A DNA stretch of 64,000 nt from the NCBI GenBank assembly GCA_964658305.1, contig OZ210885.1, positions 2,294,001 to 2,358,000 on the forward strand, in the 5' to 3' direction. Positions within the stretch are counted from its first letter, which is position 1, and every line of letters begins with the position of its first letter. A model generated the notes under the pieces. It saw only the letters and a program-made list of their open reading frames with translations. It did not search any database and was not told where the DNA came from. This document shows, piece after piece, positions 37,006 to 52,000 of the stretch. The stretch comes from Leptogorgia sarmentosa (lineage: Eukaryota). The translations under genes were made by a program, and so were the position numbers.

Positions 37006-39912
37006 TTTGATGTTATTTAAGTTTTTCAAAGAGATTGCACTGGATCGGCTATAAAATACAAATTACGACATATTAATGTCTCTTCCCACAGAAGTAGGCA
37101 AGTCATCAAGATAAGGTAGACAAAACAAATTTTGTCCAACATCATTTTGTTAATTGTACCGATAATTGTATTGCAAAGATCTCGTAAAATGACAAAGCTT
37201 TCCTCGGTAGAACTTTATATATTAATTAGAATTTTAGAAACTCTCTTCCTTGTACAGACCAGTCAACTCTATATTTCAATATCTGCAGTGATAGCCTGGC
37301 GCGGCAAAAAAGTGAAGGACTGCGGGAAAATATCATCATCATCGGTAACACAGTCTGAAAAAGGTAGATTTTAGACTCTGAAATGTTCGTTTCCGGCAAT
37401 CTAGGGGTTATACATGTTGAAAATTTTCTGGAAATTGCTTATTTTTTGGCTGGAAAAATGGAACAGGACAGAAGATAAACAATAGAAAATGGGAATGGGG
37501 TTACGATTTGAGCAGAACGGTTACTTAATGGTCCAGATCTAAATTCGTTTTCAATTCAAGCTAATTCGTATTTACATGCAAAATCAAATTTCAGGATTGA
37601 TATAGTGTGCATGCATGCATTGCTCAGTTCAGTTAAATTTTAAGAATTTGGAGTCTTTAGATTGTCGGGAAATGCATTTTTCGAGGTCTCGTATGCACCT
37701 CTTCTATGATTAATACATTATTCAATCTGAACTTCGTGATATTTTGCTACAATAACGATAAATCAAATAGTTATTTGGAATAGTTATCGAAAGGTATCCC
37801 CCCCCCCCCTCATATAAATTATTAGGGGGCACGCCTCCCCTGGTCCCTCGGTTCCTACGTCCCTGGATAATATCCATTTAATATCCGTTTAAGTGCCTTA
37901 AAGATATATTAATTAAAATGGTTCAGAATCTGATAAGAGGAAAACTGGAATAGTGCAAAAATACTACCAAAAGTCCAATTAATTCTCCCCACCCTTTTAG
38001 CAATGTAATTTTGAAAAATAGGTACACAATTTATACATGTATCTGCATCTCATATGTCCCTAATCCGCGACATCCCACGTATAAATGATTTACTGCTAGA
38101 GAATAGGCGAATTGCGCAAATACCGATCCGAAAACTTAAGGTTGTTGTACTCGGCTTCACCTTGTTGAATAGAACATTCCATCTCTCACCTCATGAAAAT
38201 ATTCTTACCATTGCACTCATAAACATTCATTATTTGTATAATATATACACTGTATTCTGTTCACTCATGCAGCGTTTGCATAAAGACGCTAAAATATATG
38301 ATCCACTGTATTTCCCTTTAATCTGGTTTTTGTAACTATATAAATCCACGATCAAACACATCAGAACATTTTTTAACATATAAACAGGAGGGGCCAAAGC
38401 CCCTCACCCCCTATGTTGCCCCCTCCCCCGCACTAGAGGAATTTTGGCCCCCTTTTTGTCTGAAAATAAGCGAAAATCATGGAATTGCAGGAAATCAACT
38501 CTAGGGAGCTCAAACATTCAAACATTTCTCTGGGGGAGAACCCTCAGACCCCCTTAAATTACTCATTCTTTATTAATTCATAATTATTTTCCTTTCCATA
38601 TCCTTCCTATTTTATAACGATATTTCCATCCTTCCCTAAAGTGCCTTATCGTGTTTGCCACCCCCCCCCCCCCCCCCCCCCTCTAAAAATCCTTGACCTG
38701 AAACACATCACCAGTTAGTTTATTGATTAGCTTGTGTCTGCGGCATGTGCTAAAACCCGAAACGACCGGAAAAACAAGAATCTGAAATGACCGGAACCAC
38801 CGGAACCAAAATCGGACACGACCGGAACGAATCGGAATTTGACTCCCCACCCTCCCCTCCCTTATTACTAAAAACTCGCCACGTGATTTCCATTTCCCGC
38901 GCTTTTTACGTTCTCGTTGTGCACTGCATGGACGACGTGGAAGAGCTCAACAAAACAGTAAGTATTTGCTTGTTAAATTCGCAATTAAACAGTACAATTG
39001 TTTGAATTCAGGTGAAAACTATCCCGTATAAATTCCTTTGTAGCTAGATTCTTAAGGCGAAGAACTTAATGACCCAATTTAATAGAAAAAGGAAAAGCGA
39101 GGTGTGTAGGGTGTGCGTTTTGTCGTATTTATTTCTATAGTCATTTAGAACTATGAAATCCGCGAAATACTGGCTAATTTTAAGTGTGTAATTCAGATGT
39201 TTGTCTATGCAAAATCTATATAACTATGCCTTTATTCGTTATTACAACCTATGTGAGTTTTTTAAGCCAAATTTGCATGCAGAATAATTGGAAATTATAT
39301 TAAGCAGTAAGGGACATTTATTATTTATGACCGGGAGTTGGATGGTCAGAATGAATGGTTGGGGGGGGGGGGGGGGGGGGAGGGGCACTAAATTCTAGAC
39401 AGTTTGAGGGGGGGGGGGTAATAGAAAATATGCCAATATGTGTGCAAGTGGGTCACCTGCATGCTATTTAATAATTGGTTCTGTGTAGGTCATGTCAGCT
39501 TTTTGTTTTCATAACAATGGGTCAAGAGTTTTCTATTTGGTTTATGATAGATATTACCAATCCATGCACCCCCTGCCATAAATAATGAATGGTCCCTAAT
39601 CGTAATAATATATGCGAATATTTGAGGTTAAGAGACTCTTGAAATTCTAGACATGAAAATGCATCAGGATGTTGTTTTTAGAGAGAAGTCTTAAAATACA
39701 GAGGGGTGGGGATTAAGTAATCAGGTGCTAAAAAGGCAGACCATCAAAAATATAACACAGGTGTAGTTTATTTTGAGGGGGGGGGGGGGGATAATGTGCA
39801 GAAATGCATAGCAAACAGTGTATAATAACATTTTGTGCTTATCATATCAGATAGTGAAAAGAATCAAATGACTTTTAAAACATGTACTACCAGATCTGAA
39901 TCTGCTTTGTTC

Positions 39913-40243
39913 CAGGGATTATTCTAAGGTGCAGTGATAACCAATTTGTGCAGTGATAAATGAGAATTGTGCAGTGATAAAATACATTTTGTGCAGTGAA
40001 TAAAATATGTTATCCCATGGTTATTCATCATTTATTAGAATTTGGGAATAACTTTAAGCATATACAACAGCAATAGTTTCATAACTTTACATATTTTAGC
40101 AAAAAGCTAAATAGGAAAATAGGAAACAGTTTGATGTTCTGAATTGGGCAGTCAGACCTTTTCCAATACAACTTTATATTCACATATTTTTATATTTTTT
40201 TATGCTTTTGTGCAGTGATAAAATTTCCTTAGAATAATCCCTG
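39913..40243. mobile_element. hAT-type MITE with perfect 8-bp TSD
   Basis: TIR CAGGGATTATTCTAAGG / CCTTAGAATAATCCCTG, TSD CTTTGTTC at 39905-39912 and 40244-40251, internal TGCAGTGATAA repeats. Confidence 0.9.
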
Positions 40244-41169
40244 CTTTGTTCATATGACCCCTCCCTATTTTTCTGTATTTTTTCTAAACTGCCCCTAAAG
40301 ATTAGCCACCTCCTACAGATATAGATGTCTCAGCATATACAGGGTGTCTCAAAAATTCCAAATTCAACAGGTGATTGCACATAAATTGAGTCCTAAACAC
40401 GGCTAATATTTTTACATTAAGAAAGATCAGGCTTTTAGCCATTGAATGACACATTTTTCATACAATAAAGAGAAGAAATGAGCAAATACCGGGTGGATGA
40501 AAAATCGTTCTCAAAATTGCATTTTTTCATCTTTGAGAAATGACCATAACGAAAAAGATGGCGGTGTACATTTTACCTGAATGCATTGCGGTCGGAAATC
40601 GTTTAAAAAATAAGCACAGTTAGTAGAACTAGGAAACTACTAACTGTGGTATAAGGCAGAAGGTTAATTTCTTCGTTGTGCTAAAATTTCTCATCATTAG
40701 GTGGTTTCGTTCCCCTTGGGCAAGAGAATTCGGTCCCGAATACAAGGTTTGTTGAGGACCACATTACAAAATAGTTGGGCCTCTATAATTTATACGCAAT
40801 ACAATTCATATGACAAAAAATGAAGTACCTGAAGCTTCAAAAGCCAGATGATGCGAAACAACAGGCACAGAGAAACTACCCATAGTTTTCAAACTCAATT
40901 TCTGCTCTGTTTAGTCCAGGGTTTAGTCTGAACGGAATCAACAGATGCCATCTGGAGCAACAGATTCCATCTGGAACAACGAACAATTCCTTTAGAAAGC
41001 CAACGAACTCAAACACATCGAACGATGAAAGTTTACATCGTTTCTTTGACTGTACTGTATCTCTAGTTTTCTACTTTTCAATTTTTATGTGCTGCACGTA
41101 TTGTGAAATTTGTGGGCGATATTGAGGAATAAGGAAAAATGACTCATCACGACCAATTGATTATATATA

Positions 41170-42620
41170 AACAGCAAGTTGGGAGTTCCCCGCGGGACTT
41201 CCCCCATATGATGTGGTAACGTTACGTTACAAATACGGGCATGTTACAAATACGGGCATGTTACATATGCGGGCTGCATTGCGTAATCGCCTTTGACCTG
41301 CTTTGAGTGGCGCGCGTGTCGAGTTACACGGTTGTCCACGCGTGTCTCGTGGGAATTTACATGCATGTACTTTGACTGAGAAGGCATTATGTAAAGTATT
41401 AAAAAATGAAAATATATTGCAAATTTACGTTGGCATATGATATTATATATATATATATATATAATAAATTACCAATGAACAATAAAAGAACATCAAGTCT
41501 TGCCAAACTGAGTTAACTGACTATATCTGATAGATACATATTTATACATACATAGCACATAAGGCATACGTCAACCTCGTCCCCAGGGCCTCTATAGTGC
41601 GACGGGGAAGCCCTAGGGACGAGGTTGGGTCAATGGGTTGGGCATACGTAACCCAACAAGCCGCACGCAGACGTAACATTCAGCAGTAGTATAATTATTA
41701 TACTAGGAGTTACTATCGCAAGGAAATGTGCTGCCGTTGCGCTCAAACTTTAAAATCCCAGCTGGGTTATAGAATACCTGTCCACTTTTGAAACAGTGAC
41801 TTGTTATCATGATACGATGATACGAAGTCAAAATGATCACGTAATGTAATGTATCCGAGTTTTTAAAAAGCCTGGGCAAGATACATTTTTTCGTAATACG
41901 ATGACACGAAGTGTGAAATTGATATGCCCGATTATTCAGAAAGTAGCGTGTGACAACCTTCGTGAACGATCATACGAAGTGAAAATTATTACCGATTAAG
42001 TTTACCACGTTTATATCTCGTTATTTAATCGCAAGCTCAACATAATAATTAAAAATGCGATTCAGTGCGCATATTGTGTTTATGTCCCGTTCTTTAAAAA
42101 GCAACAGCACGCTAGTTAGGGTGAACGTTTACTGTTAGGGATAGTGTTTACTATACTATTAGTAATAGCATAGTAAACACTAACCCTAACAGTCTATTAG
42201 GGCTAGCATTCTGAACATTGCAATGCATCATTGATGTGTGATCGCCATAAATACCAAATTACCCAACCACAACGCATAAAACATTAGCACAATCTTGCAT
42301 CCGTATGAAACGCTTTTGTAAAAACCTTTCGATTCTTGACGCACATGGAGATGCGTGCCGCGTGCGCAATACAATATCTTGTTTACGTACTTCAAGCTTA
42401 ATTATTCTGACCGCTCCCCTCTTTTAACAAACGTCCCTGAAGCTTAATTATGCCCCCGGATACGAGAAACATCTTTATGGACAGACAGACAGACAGACAG
42501 ACACAAGATCTCGATCTCGGCAATACATAACTCGCGCGAAAGACTGGGTCGAGTAGACTCTGGGGAAACCACCGCGTGTCAAGAATAGTGTGCTGCCTCG
42601 CTACGCTCGGCAGCAAAAAT
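41170..42620. mobile_element. Helentron/DINE-like composite non-autonomous element with nested repeats
   Basis: Left hairpin GGGAGTTCCCCGCGGGACTTCCC, (GACA)n microsatellite 42480-42503, right hairpin TGCTGCCTCGCTACGCTCGGCAGCA. Nested MITE 41572-41640 flanked by GGCATACGT. Class and boundaries are inferred. Confidence 0.5.
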
Positions 42621-42739
42621 AGAAACACGAGGATTTTCATGCGGGTTGCGCGGATTGTGCGGGAAATCAAAATGAATCTTTGAATGAATGTAATTAAAAT
42701 CAATAAATTTATCTTTTTTATTGTTTTTAAAAGGCTATT

Positions 42740-43050
42740 TAATAAAGGAAATAGAAAACATTTTCCGTGTTTCTAGAGTTATAGAAAAACGCGTGGAAGT
42801 TTGGGAGAAACGAGAAATTCCATGGGAACCACTGAGCTAAAGAATTACTGTTTAGCTCAGTGGTGGGAACACGAGCACGAAGTGCGAGTTTCACTTACTT
42901 CCGGTTATTTATATTAAGTTATAGAAACACTTGTGGAAGTTTGGGAGAAACTCGAAATTGTGTCCACGGAATTTCTCGTTTCTCCCAAACTTCCACAAGT
43001 GTTTCTATAACTGTATAGAAACACTGAAAATGTTTTCTATTTCTTAAATA
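42740..43050. repeat. Rearranged hairpin-element end (GGAAGTTTGGGAGAA family)
   Basis: GTTATAGAAACACTTGTGGAAGTTTGGGAGAAAC pairs with GTTTCTCCCAAACTTCCACAAGTGTTTCTATAAC. A truncated relative lies at ~8740-8948. Confidence 0.7.
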
Positions 43051-43666
43051 TCACACAGTAATTACATGTGGAGGTCTGAATTTTGTACCGACTTTTTTGT
43101 GCGCATGCTCGGCAAGTTACTTGATGCGTGCATCTGATTGGATGACGACCAAATTTAAACTTGCCGAGCATGCGTAGTTGATCATTTTTTGCCAGGCCGC
43201 ATTAAAAAAGGTGGGTACAAGAAAATGCCACTTACTTTTTAGTAATTTAGTTAGACCTCTGTCTGATATATACTCTCATTACCCTGTGATATGATAACGT
43301 TGGCCTACTTCTAGGATAGGGGCTGCTATTTTTTAGCGACGTTTGATCACGAGACGTTGATTTTTTCGACTTGCCAACCTTATTATATTATACTACTGAA
43401 TGTAGGTCATGCGTGCGGCTTGTTGGGCTACCTATGACCATACAAGGAAGGAAAGTGATGAAATTTATCCATTTTCAACTTTTGGCCAAATTTTGTAAAA
43501 GGGACTGGGGCGACCTACAAAACCACTCATGTGTGGCTTCAAAGATGGCGGCCAAGTTATCATTTACAGTTCACTGGTTCGCCCTTCATGATAGTCCGCC
43601 ATAATTTTTAGATCAGTGGTGACCACCCTTACACCACATAGTATAAACAGTTATTACATAGTTATT

Positions 43667-46037
43667 ACAGCTGCCTCTGGCAGGAAAGAGATGACCCAGT
43701 GCAGCAATTTTTTCAACAGTTTCTATACAATAACAAATTTTAGATTACAAATCTTTAGAGATATGCAGTACATTACAGCTCCAACTTTACATTACAACCT
43801 GATAACATATGACAAGGCCACAAGGGCGAAACTAAATTCAGTTCTGAATAGGACGGTCAAGTTACTCAAGTTTGAGTTAACTGTATTTCAGTTGGCAAAC
43901 TTCAAATTGTATATTGAGATCAGCTGTTACTTCGTTGTCCGAAGTTGGGGTGATTTGCAAATGAAAAGTTAAGCTTGAATAATTAACTTTACTGCCGAAA
44001 ACTTGTAGAACTTACCTTCAAGTTTTCCGCTTGTGGTTAGCGGTTTGCTGGGACGTAAATCTTCTAAATACTCTAATAATATTTAGGACATCTAAGAACA
44101 GGTCAACTATGACACGACTATACACAGCGAATGACTGAATGAGACATTCCTGCATGTCGGCAATCTTTATGCCATACAACTTTCAAAATTTACTGACTGC
44201 ACTGGATTTAGAAGCCTACCACCATCATCGATTAATCTTGTTTCAATTTACCGCCAACTATTTTCCAACTAGTGGGAAACAGTGGTGAAGACACTGCCCA
44301 ACAGTTTGGTCATGCAAGAAAAATTTGAGATTATCATTTTTCATTTCTTCGAAATTGATTGTTTCTTCGATCTTTTAACACTGAAATATTTGCATATCAT
44401 GAACAAAGTCTGGCTTTGCCACTGATAAGGGATACGTACCCGTTGCTGAATACCGTCATGTTACGCACGCTAATCTATTTCTCCTTGATCTCTAATCCCT
44501 TCATTAATTCTAACGTTTCTGACCCATACCACGACAAGCCTAACTGTATGTGCACACTGAAAAAGTGATAGCAGTAAAATGCATTGTAGTCCACAACTTC
44601 AAATCTGCAATACATATTATTCTAAATTTTGATCATTTTTAAAGTCTTTAGTTTACTATAGTTTTAAAGTTTACTATAGTTTTTCAAACTACTTTTTTAT
44701 GTCTTCAATAGTACGTCTATTTGTTCCTCTCTAGTTTCACGTCGGGCGTAATTATATCAATATCCATCATAGTCTGCTAAGACAAATAGTCTACACAAAA
44801 CGAAGTCGTAGTTGTGCATGTGAAGTCCTTAAACCTGGTTCACACTTGTCGCTACTGCTCGGCGATATTTTGTAATTTCTTCAAACACACAAAACATTTT
44901 ACATGCCAATGACCACCGGCAATGGAAATCGGATTTTTACGACAAGTACAAAGGTATTTAGTCGGCAGTATAAGGCTATAAGCCTTTACAACTTGCAAAA
45001 GCATGAGGGAATTTCAACACCAGTAAAATGGTTTTAAAACGCAATGAAAACACAATACGACTATCATGTTGTTCACATTTGACAAAATTTAGTGCTTTCT
45101 TAATTATTACGTGCATGTGGTACGAGGTGACACTAACAAAGATGAGTTGTATTTCAATTCTGTTCTACTCGGATATTTGTAATTCCTTCATGCTTCACCA
45201 AGTGTCACTGGCACGGAGTACGGTACGAGGTTTCTGAACGATTCACAGACGAGTGGTTTCATACTTATTCTATTCAATCTAAACTTCACAATATATTTCG
45301 AATGTCCTGTCAATCTAGAATTTCAAACTTAACTTCTCGAACGCCGTGATATACCCAAACATTTTTAATGCATAATCAAGACACGAATACCACAGAGAAC
45401 GAATTGAAGGAATTTTTTTCACCATCACTGTCCACATGAGTACCGCTGACACAAAGTATGTAGTCCATCTTACATTGCGTAATCTATAAAGATATCAAAA
45501 ATATTTTCAAAGGAAAAAAGAAAAAGTGTTAAAGTCGATTTTTTTTCATTTTGGAGTGGTCCAGATCGCATCACGCGTGAAAGTTGGAAAATTCTTCACG
45601 GATATTTCGTATAACGCACGAACAGGAGTGTTAATCAAACGAGAGTGTTGGATCTGATAAAACACGGACTGCGAGCCTTTAATCAGGGGTGCACTTTTCA
45701 AATATCACAGAAAATCGGTCCACATTTCATCCAAAATTGTGAAAAAAAGTCGGCCCCACTGGTCGGTCTCGAGTCATTGAACAAATATGGAGTAACTGGG
45801 CGAACGATATTAGAGTACATCGACAGACCCACCTTTTAAATCTTCTTTTAGCGGCTGTCAGATCAGATGGGTCTTCTTTTAATAAGTATTTCTTGATACC
45901 AATGACAAAATCTCTGAAGTAAGCATCCCATTCTATGCGACGAACGTCGAAGGAAAACTCCTAAAGAAATATCGAGAATTGACATACAACCTTTGACAAA
46001 ATTAATTGGAACAATACCAATGGTTACCCCCAAGTAC
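43667..46037. repeat. Segmental direct repeat, copy B (FAR exons 13-14, 3'UTR and flank)
   Basis: Colinear with 23176-25697. Confidence 0.95.
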
Positions 46038-49000
46038 TAAAAATTGTTGGAGTACCATCTAAAAATAATGAATTATCCCACCCCAACAAAGAAAATTGAA
46101 TAGCTGCAGAACTACGGAAGGGCCCCGCTTTTGTATGCTTCCAGCTAAGGGACGCATCCCATGCAGTTGTCAAGAATCAGTTTGATATACAGTGGCTACA
46201 AAAATGAGCGAAACTACAAAATTATACGACGACCTACCTGAAGATCTGGTCCTTGGAGTTCAGAAAGCAACATATTGTAGTTGTCTGGTTTGAACTGCAG
46301 GAAAAACAGAATATTTCATTAGGAATGAATCAGAATTGGAAATAAAAATCAAACCTCTTTACATACACTTTCACATTTCCAAATTATTGCGTATATTGCT
46401 TTCCTTGCAAGGCTACATACAGTGGTGTTATTTTATAAAATATTCACTTTATAGTTTGAGTTAAGAAAACGTGTAAAATTATTCGCCTTAATTCGGCTCG
46501 TGTTTCGCGTAAATTTTCTTAACTCTGGCAATTCTCCGATGTGTTAGGATGAGGCCATCCAAACATGGAGACCATAAGTCATTATATAATCTTACCGTCC
46601 ATCCTCTTTTAGTGAAATATACAAGTGTTGACATGGCCTTTTCAAGCTTCACATAATTCCTCTGCATTCTATAGAGAAAGGTATTTATATTAAACCATGA
46701 CTATGCATCAGGAAAATAATGCGTGAATTTCAGTGCCACAAGACGCCTGCATCACGTTTTTTCATGATCAACATCACTTCCCTCAGTTTTGTAGCTACAT
46801 CTATGTACTAATTTTATACGAGGGACCTGTTGAAATAGGATATAAACCCACATTTTTTTGACATTATTTTCCCATCGCTAATTTCCCTTGGATATAAAAG
46901 GTGGAATGAGAGTACCTTGGTTTCTTGCCAACAAACTTCGCCAGAATGTCCGCAATCCAAGCAGGGATTCTGTGACTGATGTAGGTCCAATAAGTGAAAG
47001 CAAGCCTGATAAGACAGAATTAGTCAGGATCAATATAATTTCGTATCATGCTGCTGGATAGTAGAAGAATACAGTTGTATTTCCGGTTGAGCTATTACCT
47101 TCATAGTCTTATCAGACTTTGTTATCGAAAGCAAATCCGAAACTGGTTTTCCACTTGGCTTTTTTCGCGCGGCCAAGCAAAAAGTGAAGGTGATTGGGTG
47201 TTCATGTCGCCAGCCAATCAAGTTGCTTTTTTCTCTGTTCGCGAGAACAAATTCGCCTGGTGGAAAACAGGCTTAAAGTTCCCTATTGTCTACTTGAAAA
47301 AGGCTCAATACCACAGCATGTGAGCCAGGCTTGACTACTTACTCTTTCGCTTCAAAAGCAAAGTTTGGTCTCCTGAAAACTCTCTCGAAAGGATATTCCC
47401 AAAGGTAGGGTGAAACAATTTTACCTGAAAAGTTTACATAACAAGAATAAAAAACTAATCTCTAAATGAGGTAAACCCATTGTATCTTAGTAGAATCATA
47501 CAAGTACAAGTATACTGTTGAAAATGTTGTAATTTAATTGGTTACTCCGGTCGCTATCTGTTCCCTGATGAATAGCGAGTAGCAAAACAAGTGAACCATT
47601 TTTAAGACAAAATGTCTTCTGGCTCGCGCACTTGAATTACGCAACAAAATAATTTCTGCTTTATCTCTGATTCTACCAAACACAATTAAAGCCCCGGACA
47701 AACGACGATCAGAGTTGAGAGTTGGCAGTCACGAATTGTCGTTGGGGACATTTCAAGCTCTAGATTAACAAATTAAATGAATGTTTGATGAATGTTTCAA
47801 AAGAATACACGAGTGTGTTCTGAAAGCGTTTACAACAGGAAACTAAGGTTGCGTGACTGCTAATTCTCATGCACTCTCATCATCGTTTGATCCGGCCTTT
47901 AAGGTACGAGATTTCCACGACGTACATGTAAGAGTTCATTTTTGCTTCGCCCCCTACCCTAACCCATTACCTCAGCTCAAGGTTGGTGATTAGCACTCAT
48001 ACTTACCCAAGTCTCCCCACGTCACTGGATTTATGCAACCAGTCGTGCAATGGAATATTGGAATACTTTGTGACCTGAAAAGACAGAGTGAATTAATTCC
48101 AGAACAGACAGAACTTTTGCTAAGACATATCTGCACAAACAAAATTTAATACAGAAATGATGGGGAAAGTGTCAAAATATTTAACGAAAAGATCGAAAGT
48201 ACTAAGAAATGGATGTACAGTAATAAGAAACTCGGGAAGTACATTGCTTTTACAATGTACAAGTTCTTTACTAAATTTCACGACCTAATTTCTAAACGTT
48301 GGACAATTTCAGTTTTTAGGTCGAGTTCAATTTGGATAAAAAACAACAAACATGAATTATGCAGGGTAAAATAATTGCAGTAATGCCAGAATATAAAAAA
48401 ATTGACAATGTACAGAACTGCATGTTTGATAAGGTAATTTGTCCACTCCGGCTCAGAATAAGCAACACCCACCATCCCTTGCGTGCTTAGAGTTTAAGAT
48501 TTAGCATTTTTGAAGGACAACCTTGAATTAGCTGTATACTTACCGCTTTGTACCAGCGTACCACCCAACACAGACCAACATGTTGACAGCAAGGTCAACT
48601 GGAATGATATCCGACACTGCATTCACATCACCGATCATTGATCTCAACACACCTTTACCTGCCTAGAAATTAAATATCACTCGTTAGTCATTAAAAACTC
48701 TAACTTCATTTAACAGCGTTGCTGAAAAGCCATGGGCGGCACATGGTAAGAAAAGTTTCAACAACACTGTTCAACCAAACCAACAATACAATAACAAACA
48801 CATAGTGTTCTAAATGACACTTTAATTCGGCTCCAAAAACATAATACAACCATCGACAAGTACTTACAGCAACAAACAGACCACTTGGACCATTGAAATT
48901 ATCAACCCATCCCTACAAAAACCGAGAAATTATGAGAAAAACGTCAAGCATTTACAGTGTATATACTACTGAAGAACCAACTATTTCAATCACGTTGTGT

Positions 49001-52000
49001 ATATTGCAATGTATTACGAACATCTCTACCGTGTTTTGCCATATTGATGAAGCAATAACAAGGTTAACACAATAGAGATATCTCGTATAAAAAATACGAC
49101 GAGACCAAGGCTAAGTATTTTACCATAAGACCGAGCGGTCGGTTGATATTAAGTAGTCAATTACACAGCATTTGGACCTTTTGTTAAAAACTTGAACTTT
49201 CAAGACTTTCTTTGTCAAAAACGGTGTTGAATCGTGGTTTTGCCTATTGGAAACACATGCTATATGATTGTAAAGAATACCGTTAACTTACCGCCATAGG
49301 TTCCCTAAGTGAAGCCCCGACAATAGAAGGTCGAAAGACAGCGATGGGCAAATCATATGAATGTTTGAATAACAACGACTCCGCTAACGACTTCGTGAAG
49401 GTGTAGGTGTTTGGTCGTTTTTCAAGAAGTGCTGGAGTGACATCCCTCAACATGTCATCACCCATCCAACTAAATAGTGGAAAAAACATCAACTTTGAGT
49501 GGTCAAGGCAGGGCGCCTGGCATTGCATACAGACCTACGTACTGTACGTTTGATTTCTGTCAGAGACAAGACGGAAACACCTGTTGACCAGGAATAATCC
49601 GACATTGCAGGGAACCGATAAAGTGTTGACCACGAGTGGAAAACCAAGTGAATAATTAACAATAAGATTACGAGCTCGAGATTTCGTAGAGATCGAGAGC
49701 AAGTAGTCTAATTGTTCAATTTGTTTTAGTGGAATCAGAGATCAAACATGAAATATTGCACAAAATAATTGAACAACGCGAGCCAGGAGACATTTTATTC
49801 TTTAACAAAAATCACTTGTTTTGCTATTCGCTATCTATCGAAGAATATATATCGAGTGAAGTGGTCAATCAAATTGCAGCATCGGCAACAGTTTACTAGT
49901 ATGATTCTACACTAATGGTTGTTATATGCTACAATTCTTCACCGCGGGCAAGTTGGTGCGGTATCTCAACATTTATGTGCCAAGGAAGTCTTCAGTTGAA
50001 GAAACAAGACAGGGCAAATGAAACAACTTTGGAGCTCCGTGATGAAACACTAGTACGGCACTCACTTGGCAATTTCCAGGACGTTCTTAACATCAACAGA
50101 TGGCGGGTAGAATTTCTCTTCCAAAACATCTTTGTCACAGTTTGAATACGCCGTAGACACGTGTACAAATGACTGAAGTAAAACAAGGAGACAGCATGAG
50201 AAAACGGAGTAATAGAGCCTGCGTGACTGCAACTGTGTACAGCATGCTTTGTGAGAATCGTAATAGAAGACGTGCAAAAATATTCGCAAAGAATCTTGGT
50301 AACAGCGCAACAAAACGTCATTGTGTATAAAGTCCACTGACATTGCATACGAACGAGCGAATTCGAAACAGAACATTACTTTGTGTGGTAGACTGTGTGT
50401 TCTCATTGATATCCAAATTGATTCAAATTCTGTATGGTCACAGAATTCCAACAGTTTGCATGGAATATTTTGGTGGACATACGCAGACACCACCACCACC
50501 AGACGCTCCCAATCGGTCCTTACGAAATATATTATAACATGCAGGAATAGAAACTATGGAAGATTCAGCGAAAACCAGGATTCAGTTATACACTCAGATA
50601 ACTCCTCCTCTGAGTTTCTCAAATTTTTGGCAATGATTCTCACATAATTGAGGATCGTGTAAGGGCCTTACTAATCTATCGAAGTTGGGAAGACCCATAC
50701 AACACTTAGAGAATGGAAACCAACCAAAATCATCAGAAGCTTTACATCTGTCAGAAGGGAAACTGCCGAATCCACTTTTCGCATAATGGTCAGGTAGCTA
50801 AGTGTTCAATTTTTAGTAACATACAAATGGTCCAGGAGGACAACACTTATTGCGAGCGCAGGTGGTATGTGGGGTTAGCACGTTCCCTCGTACTAGCCTG
50901 AAAATAGTATTAATTCACAACCTCAATTCACAATATGCTTAGTGATAAAAGGTTATTTCAAACCTTGCAAAACAAGACACAACACACTCACCACTAGTTT
51001 CTTCAGATTTCGGCAAAGTTCCAACACATTCTCCAAACCAACAACGTTCAACTTTAAAGCGAGTCTTTTCATAAAGAAAAGAAAAAAACGTGGGTGTTAA
51101 AAGATGCGCAATTTTTTTCGCCAGCGGCGGCGAAATAGTGGAGTGGAAAACGGGCTTAAGAGTTTTTTTACGACGGCCGCTGAATGCTCAGGGGTAATGT
51201 TGGGTACCTTAGTTCTTCATCAAATCTGACAGTTGCAGCGGAGTGGAAGACAACCTCAACAGTTTCATGGAGCAGCCGCTGATCATCCTCGGACAATCCA
51301 AGAGAAGGCTCAGACATGTCTCCTTTCATAACGTGAATGACGTCTTTGTATTCGGGGTGCACTTCACGAACTTTTGAAAAAAGCTAAGAAAACGATTATA
51401 TAAGTCTATATTATCATGGCAAAACTAAGTCACCCTTCAACTGGGTCAATGTCAGCGCGGGAATTGCAATGCACAAGGCAAGTCTTAAGGCCCTAGGGTC
51501 TTAAGGTGCAATTTTCCCTTGCAACTTGCAATGTAATTCCACTCCTAAGATATAATAATTAGCGAAGTCTGTTTAATATATGAGAAGAACACATTGGCCA
51601 AATTAAATGGAAGCGCGTATTTGCAACGTTTACATTTCTCGACAATAGAATTGCATTGCTTGCAAGAAAAATTGCACCATCTGACATGGCCATTACAGCA
51701 TCTTTTCAGTTAGCACAGCGTTGCAATGTTTGCTGTTGTTTGTTCGCATTTCTGATAAATATTTCATTCAAACTCAGATCAGAACAAAACGAAATGACTG
51801 AGAAATAACAACTATTACAAATTAGACTGCATTTTATACAACTTTGCAGTAAGATTGCGAGGAAAAGACCTTTCAAGAGTTTTCCCCCAGAGCTACAATC
51901 CTGCATCGCAAGAACTGAATCTCCAAACGTGGTCAACAAAAGTGCTTGGATAAAACCCTGCAACTAGGGATGCAAACTTCCCAGATGAGCCCTTGATTTC

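Noticed and set aside
33019..37029. Bacterial contamination or a prokaryotic defence operon
   Set aside because: The gene has a spliceosomal intron with an animal repeat inside, and lies among intron-rich animal genes.
37790..39800. Long poly-G and poly-C runs as a G-quadruplex regulatory cluster
   Set aside because: They occur within or next to MITE remnants, and homopolymer lengths are unreliable in assemblies.
46485..46595. FAR ending by read-through after exon 11 (truncated FAR)
   Set aside because: Three further in-phase exons (46294, 45960, 45483) complete a normal FAR C-terminus.
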